From positions 405,364-463,381 of the forward strand of contig WELB01000030.1 of NCBI GenBank assembly GCA_009602725.1: a DNA stretch of 58,018 bases, in the 5' to 3' direction. The notes below the pieces were generated by a model. It was not told the DNA's origin. It was given only the letters and a program-made list of their open reading frames with translations, and ran no database searches. Each line of letters opens with the position of its first letter. Position 1 is the first letter of the stretch. Source of the DNA: Spirogloea muscicola (taxonomy: Eukaryota). This document shows positions 1 through 11,690 of this stretch, in pieces. A program made the position numbers and the translations under genes.

Positions 1-16
1 CGCGCCGCCGCCGGCC

Positions 17-3000
17 ATGGCGACGGCGGCGGCGGCGCTCTACTCCAGCTCGCCGCCCGCGTCGTACGCCAGGGCGCACGTAGCCCCCCCCGCCCCGCCC
101 CCTCACGCCTCGTCGTTGCCCGCCGAGCTTGAGTTCCCGCTCGGCCCCAGCCGGGCGGCCAGCCGAAGCCGGTCGTCCACACCGGTGCGCGGCGGCCTCT
201 CGACCTTCTTCGGCAGCGGCGCCATCAAGAACGTCCCTCCGTGCGCCGGCCCTGCAGACCACGTCAAGTCTGCGCCCTCCTCTGCGCTCTACGGCTCCTC
301 CCCCATCGCCGACGGGGCAGTGTCCACGTCGAGGGACTGTGGCGAGCGGAGGGTCAGCAGGGCAGTCTCCATTCCAGTCGCCACATCTTTCTCCAGCAAG
401 GACAGGAGCCCGGCGTCGGTACTGCATGGAGTGGATAGCAGCAGCACTGCAAGCGGCAGCAGGCAGCCGTCCCCCCTGCTCGGCGGTGCTCCGGTCTGGG
501 AGATGACCAGACATGCCAGTCTGCCCCAGCAGCACGAGAACCTCTACAAGAAGCCCGCTGGCTTTACCTACTCAGCCGGTGTAGCAATAAGGCCTGCCAG
601 GTCTGGGGACAGCCCCCCGCAGGTTCACATCACAGATGTTTCGGCCGCAAGGGATAGGCTGCTCAGGCTGCTGGAGCAGGACGACCCTCAGAGTATTCTC
701 GTTGAGAGCCCTCCTTTCTCTCCTGTCAAGGATCCCGCAGAGAGGGACCAGTTGCCGCTGATGGATGCGCAGCAGCGTCATGCCATATTCAACGACCCGC
801 TTGTGATCAAGGCTTTCAATGTCGCTGCTAGTGCACATCAAGGACAGGTGCAGTCCCTCTCACACAAGCACGTGACACTGTGGTGCTTGCTTACTGCATA
901 TCTTGCTAACACCATATTAGCATGACACATGTACTGGCCTCTATTGTCATTGTTATCAAGTCCTAAAGTACTGTGCCGCATGCTCTGTGTTGACGTGGTG
1001 TATGTTTTGCAACAGGTCCGTCGTAGTGGTGACCCTTACCTATCCCACTGTGTGGAGACGGCTATGATCCTTGCACAGTCTGGCTGCGACAAGAGTGTTG
1101 TTGCTGCTGGCCTTCTACATGACACTTTAGATGACTCCCCCATGACAGAAGTTCAACTCCAGGAGATTTTTGATACAGAGATTACCAATCTTGTGGCAGG
1201 GGTGAGATGCACGGGCCATCTATATGCATGCCTGTATGCATGCCATGGGTGCGTGCAAGTTTGCTGTCCCACTTGCAGGAGATTGTATGTTGTTGCTCAG
1301 ACATTCTGAGCTATGTAGAATGTTGTCAATCATGTGATTAATCTGAACCAAGAAACTCAACTCACTGTGCACGTTTGACATCATGCAGATCTCCAAGCTC
1401 AGCATGTTCAGCCAGTTGACCAGAGACAGCGAGACAGTCTTTGATCCAGAGGAGGCTGATCGATTGCGGAATATGTTCCTTGCCATGGTGGACGTGCGAG
1501 TGGTTCTGATCAAGCTGGCGGACAGACTGCACAACCTGCGCACGCTGGATGCGCTTCCACTTGCCAAGCAGATTCGTGTTGCCACAGAGTCTTTGGAGAC
1601 ATTTGCACCTCTGGCAAATCGCCTTGGCATATGGAGCTGGAAAGCAGAGATTGAGGATATCTGCTTTGAGCACTTACATGCGAAGGTGATAGAGAAATGT
1701 CAATTCTTGCAGCCGCCTTGGCTACGGCCATGAGCATTTGTCATTTTCCCTCACTCTGTAGAAACAGATGTTCTCACATCCGGTCTGTCCTTCTGACTGC
1801 AGGAGCACAAACAGCTGTCATCAGTAGCTGCTGCAATAAACAGCGAAGCTACAGTGATGCAATCTATCCGGAACTTCTATGAGGCACTGGAAGGAGCAGA
1901 TGTACAGATCGATGACCTTTGTGGCCGCCCAAAGAACCTCTACAGCATCTATAAGAAAATGAAGAGGTACGCTGAAGGGCATGTCCAGCTGCTGCCAGCC
2001 CAACACGCAAGAGCAGTCTGCACTCGCAATCGGGGCTGCAATGCATCCTGCTGGTACATATTCACCGCGGCATGCTGATCCACGATTACTAGCGATTCCA
2101 ACTTCATGTTCTCGAGTTGCAGAGAACAATCCGAACTGAGGCAATCTTTCTGGATTCGTGGCACAAGCCATAAGTCATGTATTGATGAAGTTCAGCCCCC
2201 AGGTCATCCTCCTGTTGCATGTGACGGTTTTGCTGGTATCATAGCTTGTTGTCTTCATACTTTCCTCGTTCCTGCACTGCAGCAAACAGCGCAAGATTGA
2301 GGAGATTTACGACGTTCGAGGAGTTCGCCTCATCGTCCCCGACGAAGAGAGTTGCTATGCGGCACTTGATGTTGTCAGAGGACTTTGGCAAACTATACCA
2401 TCACGATCAAAGGATTACATCAAGAATCCCAAGCCTAATGGGTGAGTTGACTACCGTTTGTCAGTCAGCCCAACATATTGTCTTCCATGACTGTCGGGGT
2501 TGCTTATATGTCTTCGGCAAACCGTGCGGGGCTGATACAACAGAGTCTGGTTGGCTGGGACAGGTACATGTCGCTGCATGAGGTCGTGCTCGCAGAAGAT
2601 GGCAAGCCCTTGGAGGTTCAAATCAGGACAAGGGACATGCATCACCAAGCAGAGTTTGGAATGGCTGCACATTGGCGCTACAAGGAGGGCCACAGTGAGC
2701 AGTCCGTGCATGTTCTGAGAAAGGTATTGAAGACAAACACTCCTAAAGGCTGCAATCTTTGCATGCCGTGGCTTGATTGGATGTTGCTTTGGGTCTTGCA
2801 TGAAGCGCAGAGCTTTTGATGACGCAACTTGAAGTATTGCTTTATCTGATGAACCGCCTAAAACATGCAGGTTGAGTGGGCACGTTGGATCCTGACCTGG
2901 CACAATGAGATGTTAGACATGAAGTACCGCCTCTCGCCTGCTGTAACAGACCTGCGACCTCCATGCCCTTTCCCAACACACTCTTCCGGCTGCCGATTCA

Positions 3001-3877
3001 GCTCACTTGCTTCACCTGAATCAAACTCCGCCAACAACTCCGACCCAGTGTTTGTCATCGTCATGAGTGGCGACAATGTCAGTCTCAAGCCCGGACCCAT
3101 GCCTCCACTTTTCTTGTCCTTCATTTCATGGACTCATTGAGCTGCCGCTGCTAAGCCACTGGGTTGAGTGCTGTTGCCACTGCTACTGGTTGAGATGTTT
3201 TGAGACCTGCCATTCCTGATTGAAGTGAAGGCCTGCATCACTGACAGCTGTACTCCATTCTTTGCTCTCCAATTCGCAGATGGCTGTGAAAGAGTTGCCC
3301 CTAGGAGCCACTCCAGCGGAGCTCCTAAATGAGAAGATACATCAGGAGCACCTGGATCTGTCCAACAGCATTGTTCGACCTCTGGTCAATCACGAATTTG
3401 TTGACATGGAACAGACTTTACGCATGGGTGATGTTGTTGAGCTAACAGGTACAGAAGAACACCCAACTCGTATTTATGACACTGCTAGAGACTTGTACAT
3501 GTTTTCATGACGGAGTCTAAAGCCACTGCGTACATTGGTTTTGCGGTGTGATGCATCCGCCTCCTCAGCCTTCCTTGTGAATGTCCTGACTGGTAAGGTG
3601 CTGGTTTACAAGGACTGACTGGCTTGAGCATAGGTTCTGCATCAGCTGCCAGCTTATTAATGCCAGCTTTGTGCACTTCTGCATTGCAGTGGAGGAACTG
3701 GATGTTGCCGAGCCCGACTTCTTCTTGCCTTGCTTGCCAAAGCATGTGGATGATACAGTGGAGGGAGCCCAGGGTCTCCTGATAGACACTGCGGCCGTGG
3801 ATATTGAGAGGCAACGCCTGGTCCGATGGTACAGTGGCGACCTCGACTGTGCCTTGCCTACCACTGCGGACTGCTAA
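17..3877 (+). CDS. RSH3: RelA/SpoT homologue, plant RSH2/RSH3 type ((p)ppGpp synthetase/hydrolase), about 9 exons
   Basis: GT-AG exons 17-847, 1016-1201, 1389-1685, 1803-1966, 2283-2441, 2564-2723, 2871-3077, 3280-3448 and 3690-3877 join in frame. Motifs: [19 protein letters not shown] (HD domain), [90 protein letters not shown]. The Ser/Pro-rich N-terminus is transit-peptide-like. RSH2 versus RSH3 cannot be resolved. Confidence 0.93.
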
Positions 3878-4991
3878 CCCAGGAGTTGTGTCGGAGCTCC
3901 GTACAGCATCAGGCTCACGTTGCCAAAAGTTGCGTATAAGCTGTCTGTGATCTTGGCTGAAGTCCTTAAGAGCACATTGACAATTTCGCCGGGGCATTGC
4001 CCGGTGCTACATTCTTTTGGAGCTCAGTACTCGGCCGATACATTGCAGGACCTGCAGAGAGAATGGATTGCAGCAAAGTGCTGCAATCCTGAATCCTGCA
4101 CTCCAGCCCCGGCCTGCACTTATTTGTATGCATTTGGTCTACATGTACATATGTAGCAGAAGCAGGTTGCATGATGATGCCACTTTAGCAGTGGCAAGGC
4201 CTACCATAGTGTTCAATCGTGTACCATGGTGAGGCCACCGCCGTATAGTAGGCAGGTGGTCTTTCAAAATTGCTGTCAGATTGTGTTGCAGCAACTTGTA
4301 CATAGTGGTGGCGTTCCGCTGAGCTCACTCCATCAATTCAAGTGCTCTCTGCATTTTTTCTTACTTTCTTGTAGTGTGGCCCAATGTCTACAATCCCTTC
4401 TAATGTGTTGAGTAGTATGCTTCAGTGGCTCGAGTGTCTCATTTGGTGATCCAGTATGTGATGCAGTCAACTGTAGTCCGCTTGTCAAGATTGGGTAGTG
4501 TAGCACAAGCTTGTCATGTAGGATACATGAGTTAACATGCTTGTCACATTGCCCTTGTGGGTGGGACTGGGTCAAGTGTGGAAGAACTTTGTCCAAAGGT
4601 ATTCTAGGCTGAAGTTCACTTGTTTGTGAGGTCTGCCTATGATGCTACATCAGAAGAAGGTTCAGTCTAATGCAGACTGCCTGGAGCGGCCTTCTTTGTG
4701 ACGGACAGGCTTGCACTTGGGCCTGCACTTGGGCCAGTGGGCTGGCAACATGGGCCACTACTTGGTCTCTTCTTATATGCTATCTACACATGCAAAGTAG
4801 CAGATTATTGCCGTGCTCAAACCCTTCCGTGTTGCCTCTGTCAAGGTTGCGTCCTACTCCACTAAATGCAGTCCTCCGCTGAACTTTCTGCAGCTACTTT
4901 AAGAGCAGAGGATGTGTACTCACATGTGTCTGTGACAAAACAATGACTTTCTCCCTGATATGGTGTACTTATGTATGAGGTGAGTGTAAAG

Positions 4992-6431
4992 TCACTGCTT
5001 TGGTGGTCTGCCATCTGAGGAATGGTTAAATTGCAGGTTGTCAATGTTGCATGTCCCGATCCACTTGTGCGTACAGAGCTGTGGACAAACTTGGGCATCC
5101 TTAGGCTCTGCTGCAGTGTGATGGGATCTGCTGGAAGTGCGAAGAAGCTGTGATGAACAAATCGAACCATGCAGCACTAATAGTGACAGAACAGCAAACC
5201 TGTCATCTCAGCAACTCGAGTAAACAGCATGATGGTCAGGCTACTCACATCTTCTCACGACTCTCACTCTTTGGTGAGCTTCTTTGTACCCCGCATCCAA
5301 AGGGGCAGCATGAGCTGGAACTGCTCCCACACAACCCTTCCCCAAGGTGCTCCATCCGGGAAGTAGACCTGCAAACGCTGAGCTGCTACCTAAGTTGGAC
5401 AAATTGCAATTTGTAAGGGCATACCCAGCTCACTCTCTTCGACCACACAGACATTCCATACTTAAGTGGGGCTGTGCAGCTGGACAAATTGAGTATACAT
5501 GGCGACCATTGTCCGGTCCACTTACGGCATTGTAGCCATCACCCTGCAAGGCCCACTTGTCAGCGAAGACATGCACATTCTTGGTCGTCACAGCCTCCTT
5601 ATCCTCAGAGCTGCTGCCAGTAACAGGGTCATAAGCGTTGACCAAGGGCAGCCCGGCATGGGTCCATGCCAGTATGGAGCCTTTCAGGTTGAATGCTTCT
5701 AAGCCTCGCTTTTGGAGGTCAGCAGCATACTTCCCACTTCGGAAGCCTATGGTACTGTGCGTATTGGCAAACGAAAGTCCCTGTCAGAATTGGAACGACG
5801 AGCCCATGACGCCTGCATTCCGCATGCTGCCACATGGAAATAAGTTGCAGATGACCTGCCACAGCCGGCTGTGTACCTTAAGTACAGGGATTTTACCAGT
5901 AGCAGACAACCTTATGATTCACATAGTCCTCAATGTGATCCTCGAAGTCCTTCTTCCTTAGAGTTCCACTTGGTATCATGGACACGTTCGCCTCATCATC
6001 TGTCCTCGCATCCACCACAATGATCTTCCCTTCTCCTTGGGCCTGCTTCTCCAATTGTGACCTCAGGGTCTCCACGTCCATTTCAGGCACCTGAAGCATG
6101 TCTTGCAGGCATGACTGTCAAATGCCTCTGCGAACTCCACAGTTTGCCTGACTGAGAGAGAGCTCAAGTCCAGGTATGCTACATCGAGGGGATCAATTGC
6201 AGTACGCAAAGCAAGCAAGCTACTCTCGTGACCAGATTATGCAAAACGAATGGTCGTTATCTCAGTGCTGAAAGAGGGGATGCACAGTCACCAATTGCAT
6301 ATGGTTGGCGAACATGGTATTGGTGGATACGCCTCTGCGGAACTGACATTGGGGAATGCAGACTCCTTCATCTTCTGGTACATAGCCTCCATCTCGGCCC
6401 GACGCTTCTCAGCGGGCTCCGTGGCCGCCAT
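4992..6431 (-). CDS. Rhodanese-like domain protein
   Basis: Spliced reading: MAATEPAEKRRAEMEAMYQKMKESAFPN | VPEMDVETL...IIVVDARTDDEANVSMIPSG...KVVCYC | TIGFRSGKYAADLQKRGLEAFNLKGSILAWTHAGLPLV. This has the typical single-rhodanese motifs DxR, CxxGxRS and LxGxILAW. The 5' end may extend toward the gap at 6740, and the last exon is uncertain. Confidence 0.8.
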
Positions 6432-7014
6432 GGTGCACGCCACGCCTCGGGTGGCTGCTAAACAACGGCCTCGCCACCTGCCTGGGCTAAGCCTGCCGGA
6501 AGGCCTGCAGCACGAGGCTCTCCCAATGAGACTCTGACTGCTGGAGTGCCTCTAATCTTGACGGCGCGACTGCTGGAAGCAGCGCCAGCAGCCGGACGTG
6601 TGACGACGGCGCAGCGGCCAAGCTTCGGCCGCTCAGCCGCGAGTGCTGGCACAGAGGAGCCGGAGGAACAGCGCTCCAGCTCACTGGCTTGCGGGCCGGC
6701 GCTGGCCGGCGCGGGCCGCGACGGCGCGGCTGGCGGCGCNNNNNNNNNNNNNNNNNNNNNNNNNNNNNNNNNNNNNNNNNNNNNNNNNNNNNNNNNNNNN
6801 NNNNNNNNNNNNNNNNNNNNNNNCAGAGAGGCTAGGGTCCGGTCCCCTGGACAGAGCCAGAGGCAGCAGCGAGGGCTCTCCCGGCACGAAGGTGCAGCGC
6901 ACGGGCCATGGACCTCTGCAGCGAGACGGCCAAGCCATGAAGCGCATGCGATACACTTGCGCCAGCGACCCGGCTGCAGGAAAGTCTACCGGTTCACCAT
7001 GGAAGCGACGGGCG

Positions 7015-7200
7015 ATTGGCGTGGCGGGCGAGCTGGTTAAGTAGCTCAAGCCACCGAGCGCCCAGTGCCCCATGGATGTCAATTGCCAACGGGAAGAACT
7101 CGTCTTCCGGCGGATGGTCGGCGTACTTGATCTCTTATGCCCGAGCGGCGCAGGCGACCGCATACCCAGCCTAGAGAAGCGGCTGCGTCGCTCGCTCGAG
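7015..7200 (-). mobile_element. Degenerate CRE-like non-LTR retrotransposon fragment (endonuclease C-terminal half)
   Basis: Minus-strand translation AGYAVACAARA*EIKYADHPPEDEFFPLAIDIHGALGARWLELLNQLAR aligns with the fragments at 8050-8200 and 16390-16535. Confidence 0.7.
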
Positions 7201-7289
7201 CATGGATAGCCCAATTCTTTTTTGGGCTGGGTGTTCCAGCCCCTATCCCCAATGGGCGAGCTTCTTTCTTCTAATTTGTGGACTTTTCC

Positions 7290-7430
7290 TTCACTTGGCG
7301 CGCCTTCTCTACTTCGACGCTTCCATACCCGGAGCCCCCACGCCGAATTCTTAGCCTGGCTCTTCGGTCCTAGGCTCTAGCCATACATCAGCGTGCTGGG
7401 CGGGCACTGAGCCAGGCCACTGGCTTACAC
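7290..7430 (+). mobile_element. Degenerate CRE-like retrotransposon 3' fragment (family B)
   Basis: Encodes ...ALAIHQRAGRALSQATG, homologous to 9100-9155 and 16645-16700. Confidence 0.6.
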
Positions 7431-7711
7431 GGTTGTCCATTCCTTTGGCTGGCCTCCCAAAGCCAAGGTATATGCTCACTTGTAGGTACTAGTCCCCATT
7501 CAGTTTGTTATTCTTCTTCTTACCCTAGTCCCTGATAAGTGTTTCTATGTTCTTCTCACACAGGGTACTGGCTTGCTTGCCTCCCTTTTAGTACATGCGC
7601 ACCGTGCACCTGCCTTGTCCCGCTCCTCTAGACCTTGTTGAACTTCTGTGGTCGTTTCTTCTCTTTGCTGTGGGCTGGCTTTCCACAGCCCTTGCCCCCT
7701 TTGGAGATATC

Positions 7712-8800
7712 CGTGTGTACTAAGAGATGGGGAGGCCATGTGTGGCCAAGTACAAAGGCAAGCACATTGACAAATGTACGTCACCTGCTGCTAAGCTGAC
7801 CCGCTCAGTAACCACGAGTCAGCACATAGAGGTCGCTAACTGATGCTCGAATACCGGACGGCCATCGACAAGCTCTTGAACTACCCAGCTAAGGCTTGAC
7901 CAGCTTTCTGATGCAACGCATGAGCCTGAGCTCGCTGCAGACAAGCTGACACTCGACGGCGCAAGAATGACAAGTAGGCTGCCGGCATGCCCATCTGAGC
8001 TGGAAGCATATCCTCACGTCGAGCATATCCCAAACTTGCAATATTCTTCAGTAAGGTGTGGAAGCGAGGGCCGTTGCAGCCAAAAGTGTCGATTCCTGCC
8101 GGTAGGAGGTGGTCGCTGCGGGGGTAGTTAAGAGTAGTGTCGGAGCTTTCTCTGCTCAGCACCTCCCACTGCGTGGCCAGCAATGTGCGTCAAAGCGGAA
8201 CTCTTGTATGCCTCCGTCACCACCACATCAACCAAGGCTCGTGGGCCTCCGCCAGGTTGTACACCCACAATGTCCAGGTTGCGACAGTGATGGCGTCCCT
8301 GGGAATCCGTGGTGATGGGCATTACATTGCTTACTTCCACAATGGCGCGGTAGCCGGCGTCGCGCATCAGGCCCGCCAGGGCGTCCCGTAGGGGATTATG
8401 GACGCCCACCACCTCAGGGCATGTGGGACACCGCAGCATGTGGGTGGCAAGGTCTCCGCCCTCCGCACGGAAGCCACACTCACACTAAGTTACTCCAATC
8501 AGGCAGGTCGGGTGCAGGCCCAGGAACAGCTGGAGAAGCGTTCGGAATGCTTCGGGGCTGATTCTGAAAGCGTTGTGGATGGAGTGCGTTGTGAGCCAGT
8601 CCGTTGCCCCAGGTGTTGCGAGCGATGTGAGACGTGCCAGACTCCTTGGATTGGTCAAGATGTCTGGCATCCTCCTCAATGTCTTGCGACGCTCATCCTC
8701 AACTGCAGCAACGAGTCTGGCCTGTGCCCCTTTGTCTGATGCTTGAGCAAGCGCTGAGAAGGGAGTGAAGAGGGGTTGCAGGGAGGGAGGAGCAGAGTGC
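7712..8800 (-). mobile_element. 5'-truncated, frameshifted CRE-clade non-LTR retrotransposon (family A; longest copy)
   Basis: Successive minus-strand frames: GATDWLT...FRISPEAFRTLLQLFLG; HxLRC...HNPLRDALA (zinc-knuckle-like); RNLDIV...DVVV...AE.RK.RHY (PD..D/ExK restriction-like endonuclease); LLPAGIDTFG; RRVSACLQRAQA. The 3' non-coding tail is near-identical to 43890-44185. Confidence 0.8.
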
Positions 8801-8949
8801 TGAGATAGCTGCTTCTTCTGCTTTGTCTTTCTCGCCTGGCTGGGCAAGCCAACGCAGAGCACAGAAACCGGTGGCCGCGTCCAGAAAGGAGAGGCCTACA
8901 AAGACCAACCCTGAAACCACTTCTGTCCGTGCGTTGTCCAGAATCTTGG

Positions 8950-9550
8950 CGCCCATGGTAAGAGGCGGTCCTCCCTCCTCCAGCAACTGGCCAGCTGGTT
9001 GACGCCCGTCGTCGTAGTGTGGGGGGCAAGCTTGGGGTACACTAGCTATCCGCAGGCATTACATGCATAGTAGAGAGCAACTTTTGCTGACCTTGTTGCG
9101 CTCTCTTGGCTTTCCACCAGCGTGCTGGGCGCGCACTAAGCCAGGCCACTGGCTTTCGATGCGATACTCCGGCTCCCCAAGTCAGCCTGTCAGATCCCTA
9201 TGTGCTTACAACTGGGCACTCACTCCCCCTTCAGCTGGCCTCCGCATAGTAAATCAGGCCCCTTAAGCAGAGGGCTTCGCTTCAATAGCTTCAACCACTG
9301 CACTAGCTTTGCCTGACCAGTGTATTGGCTTGGCTTTTCCTGCGCACAGCACGTCTTCTCTCTTTCGGTGCTTACCGGTCCCGTCAGACCTTGTCTTATT
9401 TCTGGGCTAGCCTTTCACTACCATCGGGAAGAGTAGCCTAATGTTTCGGAGATTGTGAATGCCACTTGGGCTAGCCATCTCCCTTATTCTGGCACTCCTG
9501 CAGGAACAGGGTATTGGCCTCGGCTTGGCCTCCCTTTCATATCTTAAACG
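8950..9550 (+). mobile_element. CRE-like retrotransposon 3' fragment (family B), degenerate
   Basis: Nucleotide homology to 16500-16900 (ctggtYgaYgcScgtcgtcgWagt..ggggggcagcttggg; caNcgtgcNgggcgcgcNctaagYcagg; ctccccaagtcagc; tail gtattggc...tggcctccc). Confidence 0.65.
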
Positions 9551-9622
9551 CCGCGCCTTCGCTCTCGCGCTTGTGACGCCACGCTCAAGCAACGGCTCGT
9601 TGGGGCAAGAGACCGGAAGGGG

Positions 9623-9710
9623 GCCACGAGACTACTATCAGTCCGACGACTGGCGTGACAATGGGAGCCACGAGACAGTACTATTATTCCGACGACTGGC
9701 GTGACAATGG
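9623..9710. repeat. Two-copy direct repeat of about 44 bp
   Basis: gccacgagac-tactatcagtccgacgactggcgtgacaatgg is followed by gccacgagacagtactattattccgacgactggcgtgacaatgg. Confidence 0.9.
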
Positions 9711-10371
9711 TTGGTACCGGGCCTCAAACCGGGGCGCTGTGAGAGGCAGGACGGGGTCCCACAAAGAGGGGGCGGGCGGACTTGACGCTGACGCGCGCGG
9801 CTTTCGGAGCAGGCCGCGTGGCGGCGGCTGACGGCAGCCTCGCTCATCCAAGGGCGCGCGTGGCGCGCGTGGCTTGGGCATGCTGAGCGGACACGTAGTG
9901 GTGGCGTGGGTGGGGGGCGGGGGGTGAGGTTCGCCTCACTCAAGGCAGGAAAAATCAGAAAAGATGATAGAAGGACGCTTCCAGGAGAGGGCGGTCGCTA
10001 TGAGGGGGCCAGCCAGCCCAGAGAAAAGAATGTACAAAGATGCAAGAAGCTCTCTTCCAATCAATGTAAGGAAGGCTGCTAGATGCGTACTACAGGTGTT
10101 CATGGCATGTGCTAGAGGCCAGCCCGAAGGAATAAACAGAGTGGAAAGAAAGTGCGCGCCCATAGAAAGGGGGCCAGCAAAGCCAGCCCAGAAAGAATGG
10201 ACAATGTCAAAAGCCCAAAAAAGTAAAACACACACAGCTAAGCAGCTAGAGAGGGGCCGGAAGGGGCAAAAACTCGAAGATCACTTCGTGACTTCTGCTG
10301 GACTTCTGCTTCGTCGATTGGGCGGCGGGCCGAGCCGGCCCCGTCGATTGAGGAAAGGGGCAATGGGCTAA

Positions 10372-10438
10372 AAAAGAAGAAGTGGCACTCCCAAACGGGG
10401 CAAGGGCTGTGAAAAGCCAGCCCGAAAAAGAATGACAA
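10372..10438 (-). repeat. Hairpin mini-element of about 70 bp, representative copy (about 18 copies in the window)
   Basis: Minus strand reads ttgtcattctttttc GGGCTG gcttttca CAGCCC ttgccccgtttgggagtgccacttcttctttt. A closely matching copy lies at 16206-16270 (+). Other copies are near 7213, 7433, 7655, 9390, 10003, 10156, 10933, 11058, 21203, 35641, 36603, 39888, 40011, 40154, 43537 and 47078. Confidence 0.85.
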
Positions 10439-10724
10439 AGGGCAGCCCTAGAAATACGTCTTCTTGGAAAGATTGGCCAACGGAGCCCCACCCCTCTGCT
10501 CATTTGGCCTTCGTTTTGTCTCAAATACACGAATGTTCCGTCTGCTCCATGGCACGCCCTTCCGGACCTTGTCAATCTCACACATTGGGCTGGCCGTCAA
10601 GTCTCTCGCTCTTCTTCTTCTCGCTCACAACCATCGCCCGAACTGGGGTACAAGCTCGCCTTCATTTGACCGCCGTCGCCCTATTCAGATTAATAAGTCG
10701 TGTATTTGAAACAAACGGAGGCCA

Positions 10725-10918
10725 ATGGCCAAGCACAAAGGCAAGCACATGTAAAGATCTACGTAACCTACAGCAGATTGACCCGCTCAGTAACCACGGG
10801 TCAAAACATAAAGGTCGATGCATGACTACTAGATGTCAGATACGAAGCCCTTCTGCCACCAACTAGAGCTCGCCCAGCTTTCTGGTGCAAGGCATTAGCC
10901 TGAGCACGCTGCAACAGA
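10725..10918 (-). mobile_element. Short CRE-like 3' fragment (subfamily A')
   Basis: Encodes LQRAQANALHQKAGRALVGGRRASYLTSS and is near-identical to 44345-44483 (+). Confidence 0.75.
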
Positions 10919-11128
10919 GGAGCTTCCATCCATTGTTCATTCTTTTTTGGGCTGGCCTTTCCAGCCCCTATCCTCAATGGGCGAGCCCTTTCTTCTTCTT
11001 CCATCGGAAGCGCATTCCCCAAAACAGAAGCAAGCGCGGCCAGATTGACTGGTGGCTGGGAGAGGCCAGCCCGAAAGGAATGGACAAGGGCAGAAGAATC
11101 CTGGGTGCTAAGTACTAAGACAGCAGCA

Positions 11129-11170
11129 AGGCCACACATGGCCTCCCCATCTCTTAATATACACGCATTT
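11129..11170 (+). mobile_element. Isolated 3' tip of the family A element
   Basis: ggccacacatggcctccccatctcttaatatacacgca matches the reverse complement of about 7712-7748 and 43890-43930. Confidence 0.7.
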
Positions 11171-11425
11171 CCCAAGGGGACTCTCAGTAACCTCTAGTCA
11201 GAAGATGCAAATTCCCCAAAACTGCGGGCCTCCGTCCCACCGTCCCAGCCCAACCACACTCCCCGTCCCGGCTATGGCGGCGGGCCCCTCCGCCCCTCCA
11301 GCCGGCCACCATAGCCGCTGCCCCCGCCGACGCACACACCCCCCCTCCTTCGGCTATGGCGTCCCCAGCCTGGAGCTCGTCTCTGAAGGTCTCGACTCCC
11401 TGCGGCAGACGGCCCGCTTCGGCGC

Positions 11426-11456
<31 letters not shown>

Positions 11457-11690
11457 TTGCAGCGCCTCCAGGCCCGTCCGCCTCGTTACGGCCGCCCGTC
11501 TCCAAGCTGATGTAGTCGAGTGCCAGGGGCTCCCATCTCACTGCCGTCGGCCGCGCAGCCTGGCCCTCGCTGCCGTAACTGCAGCGTGCTCGCCGGCAGC
11601 GGATCAGCCCCGCTGCCGTCGCTGCGCACGCTTCCTTCTCGAGCCGGGCTCCGCGCCGCTTGGTGGCGCTGCAAACCGCTTCCCGGAGCC

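Noticed and set aside
9623..9710. Direct repeats as a CRISPR-like array (also 12735-12803 and 52248-52314)
   Set aside because: Each has only two units, with no spacers and no cas genes, in a eukaryotic context.
10933..11001. Mini-element as an HDV-like or hammerhead ribozyme, histone stem-loop or Helitron end
   Set aside because: There is partial resemblance (GCCC-tcctc-GGGC; GGCT..TTTTCA.AGCC). However, the P1.1/P4/J4-2 elements, the CUGANGA core, an upstream histone gene and a terminal CTRR are all missing by eye.
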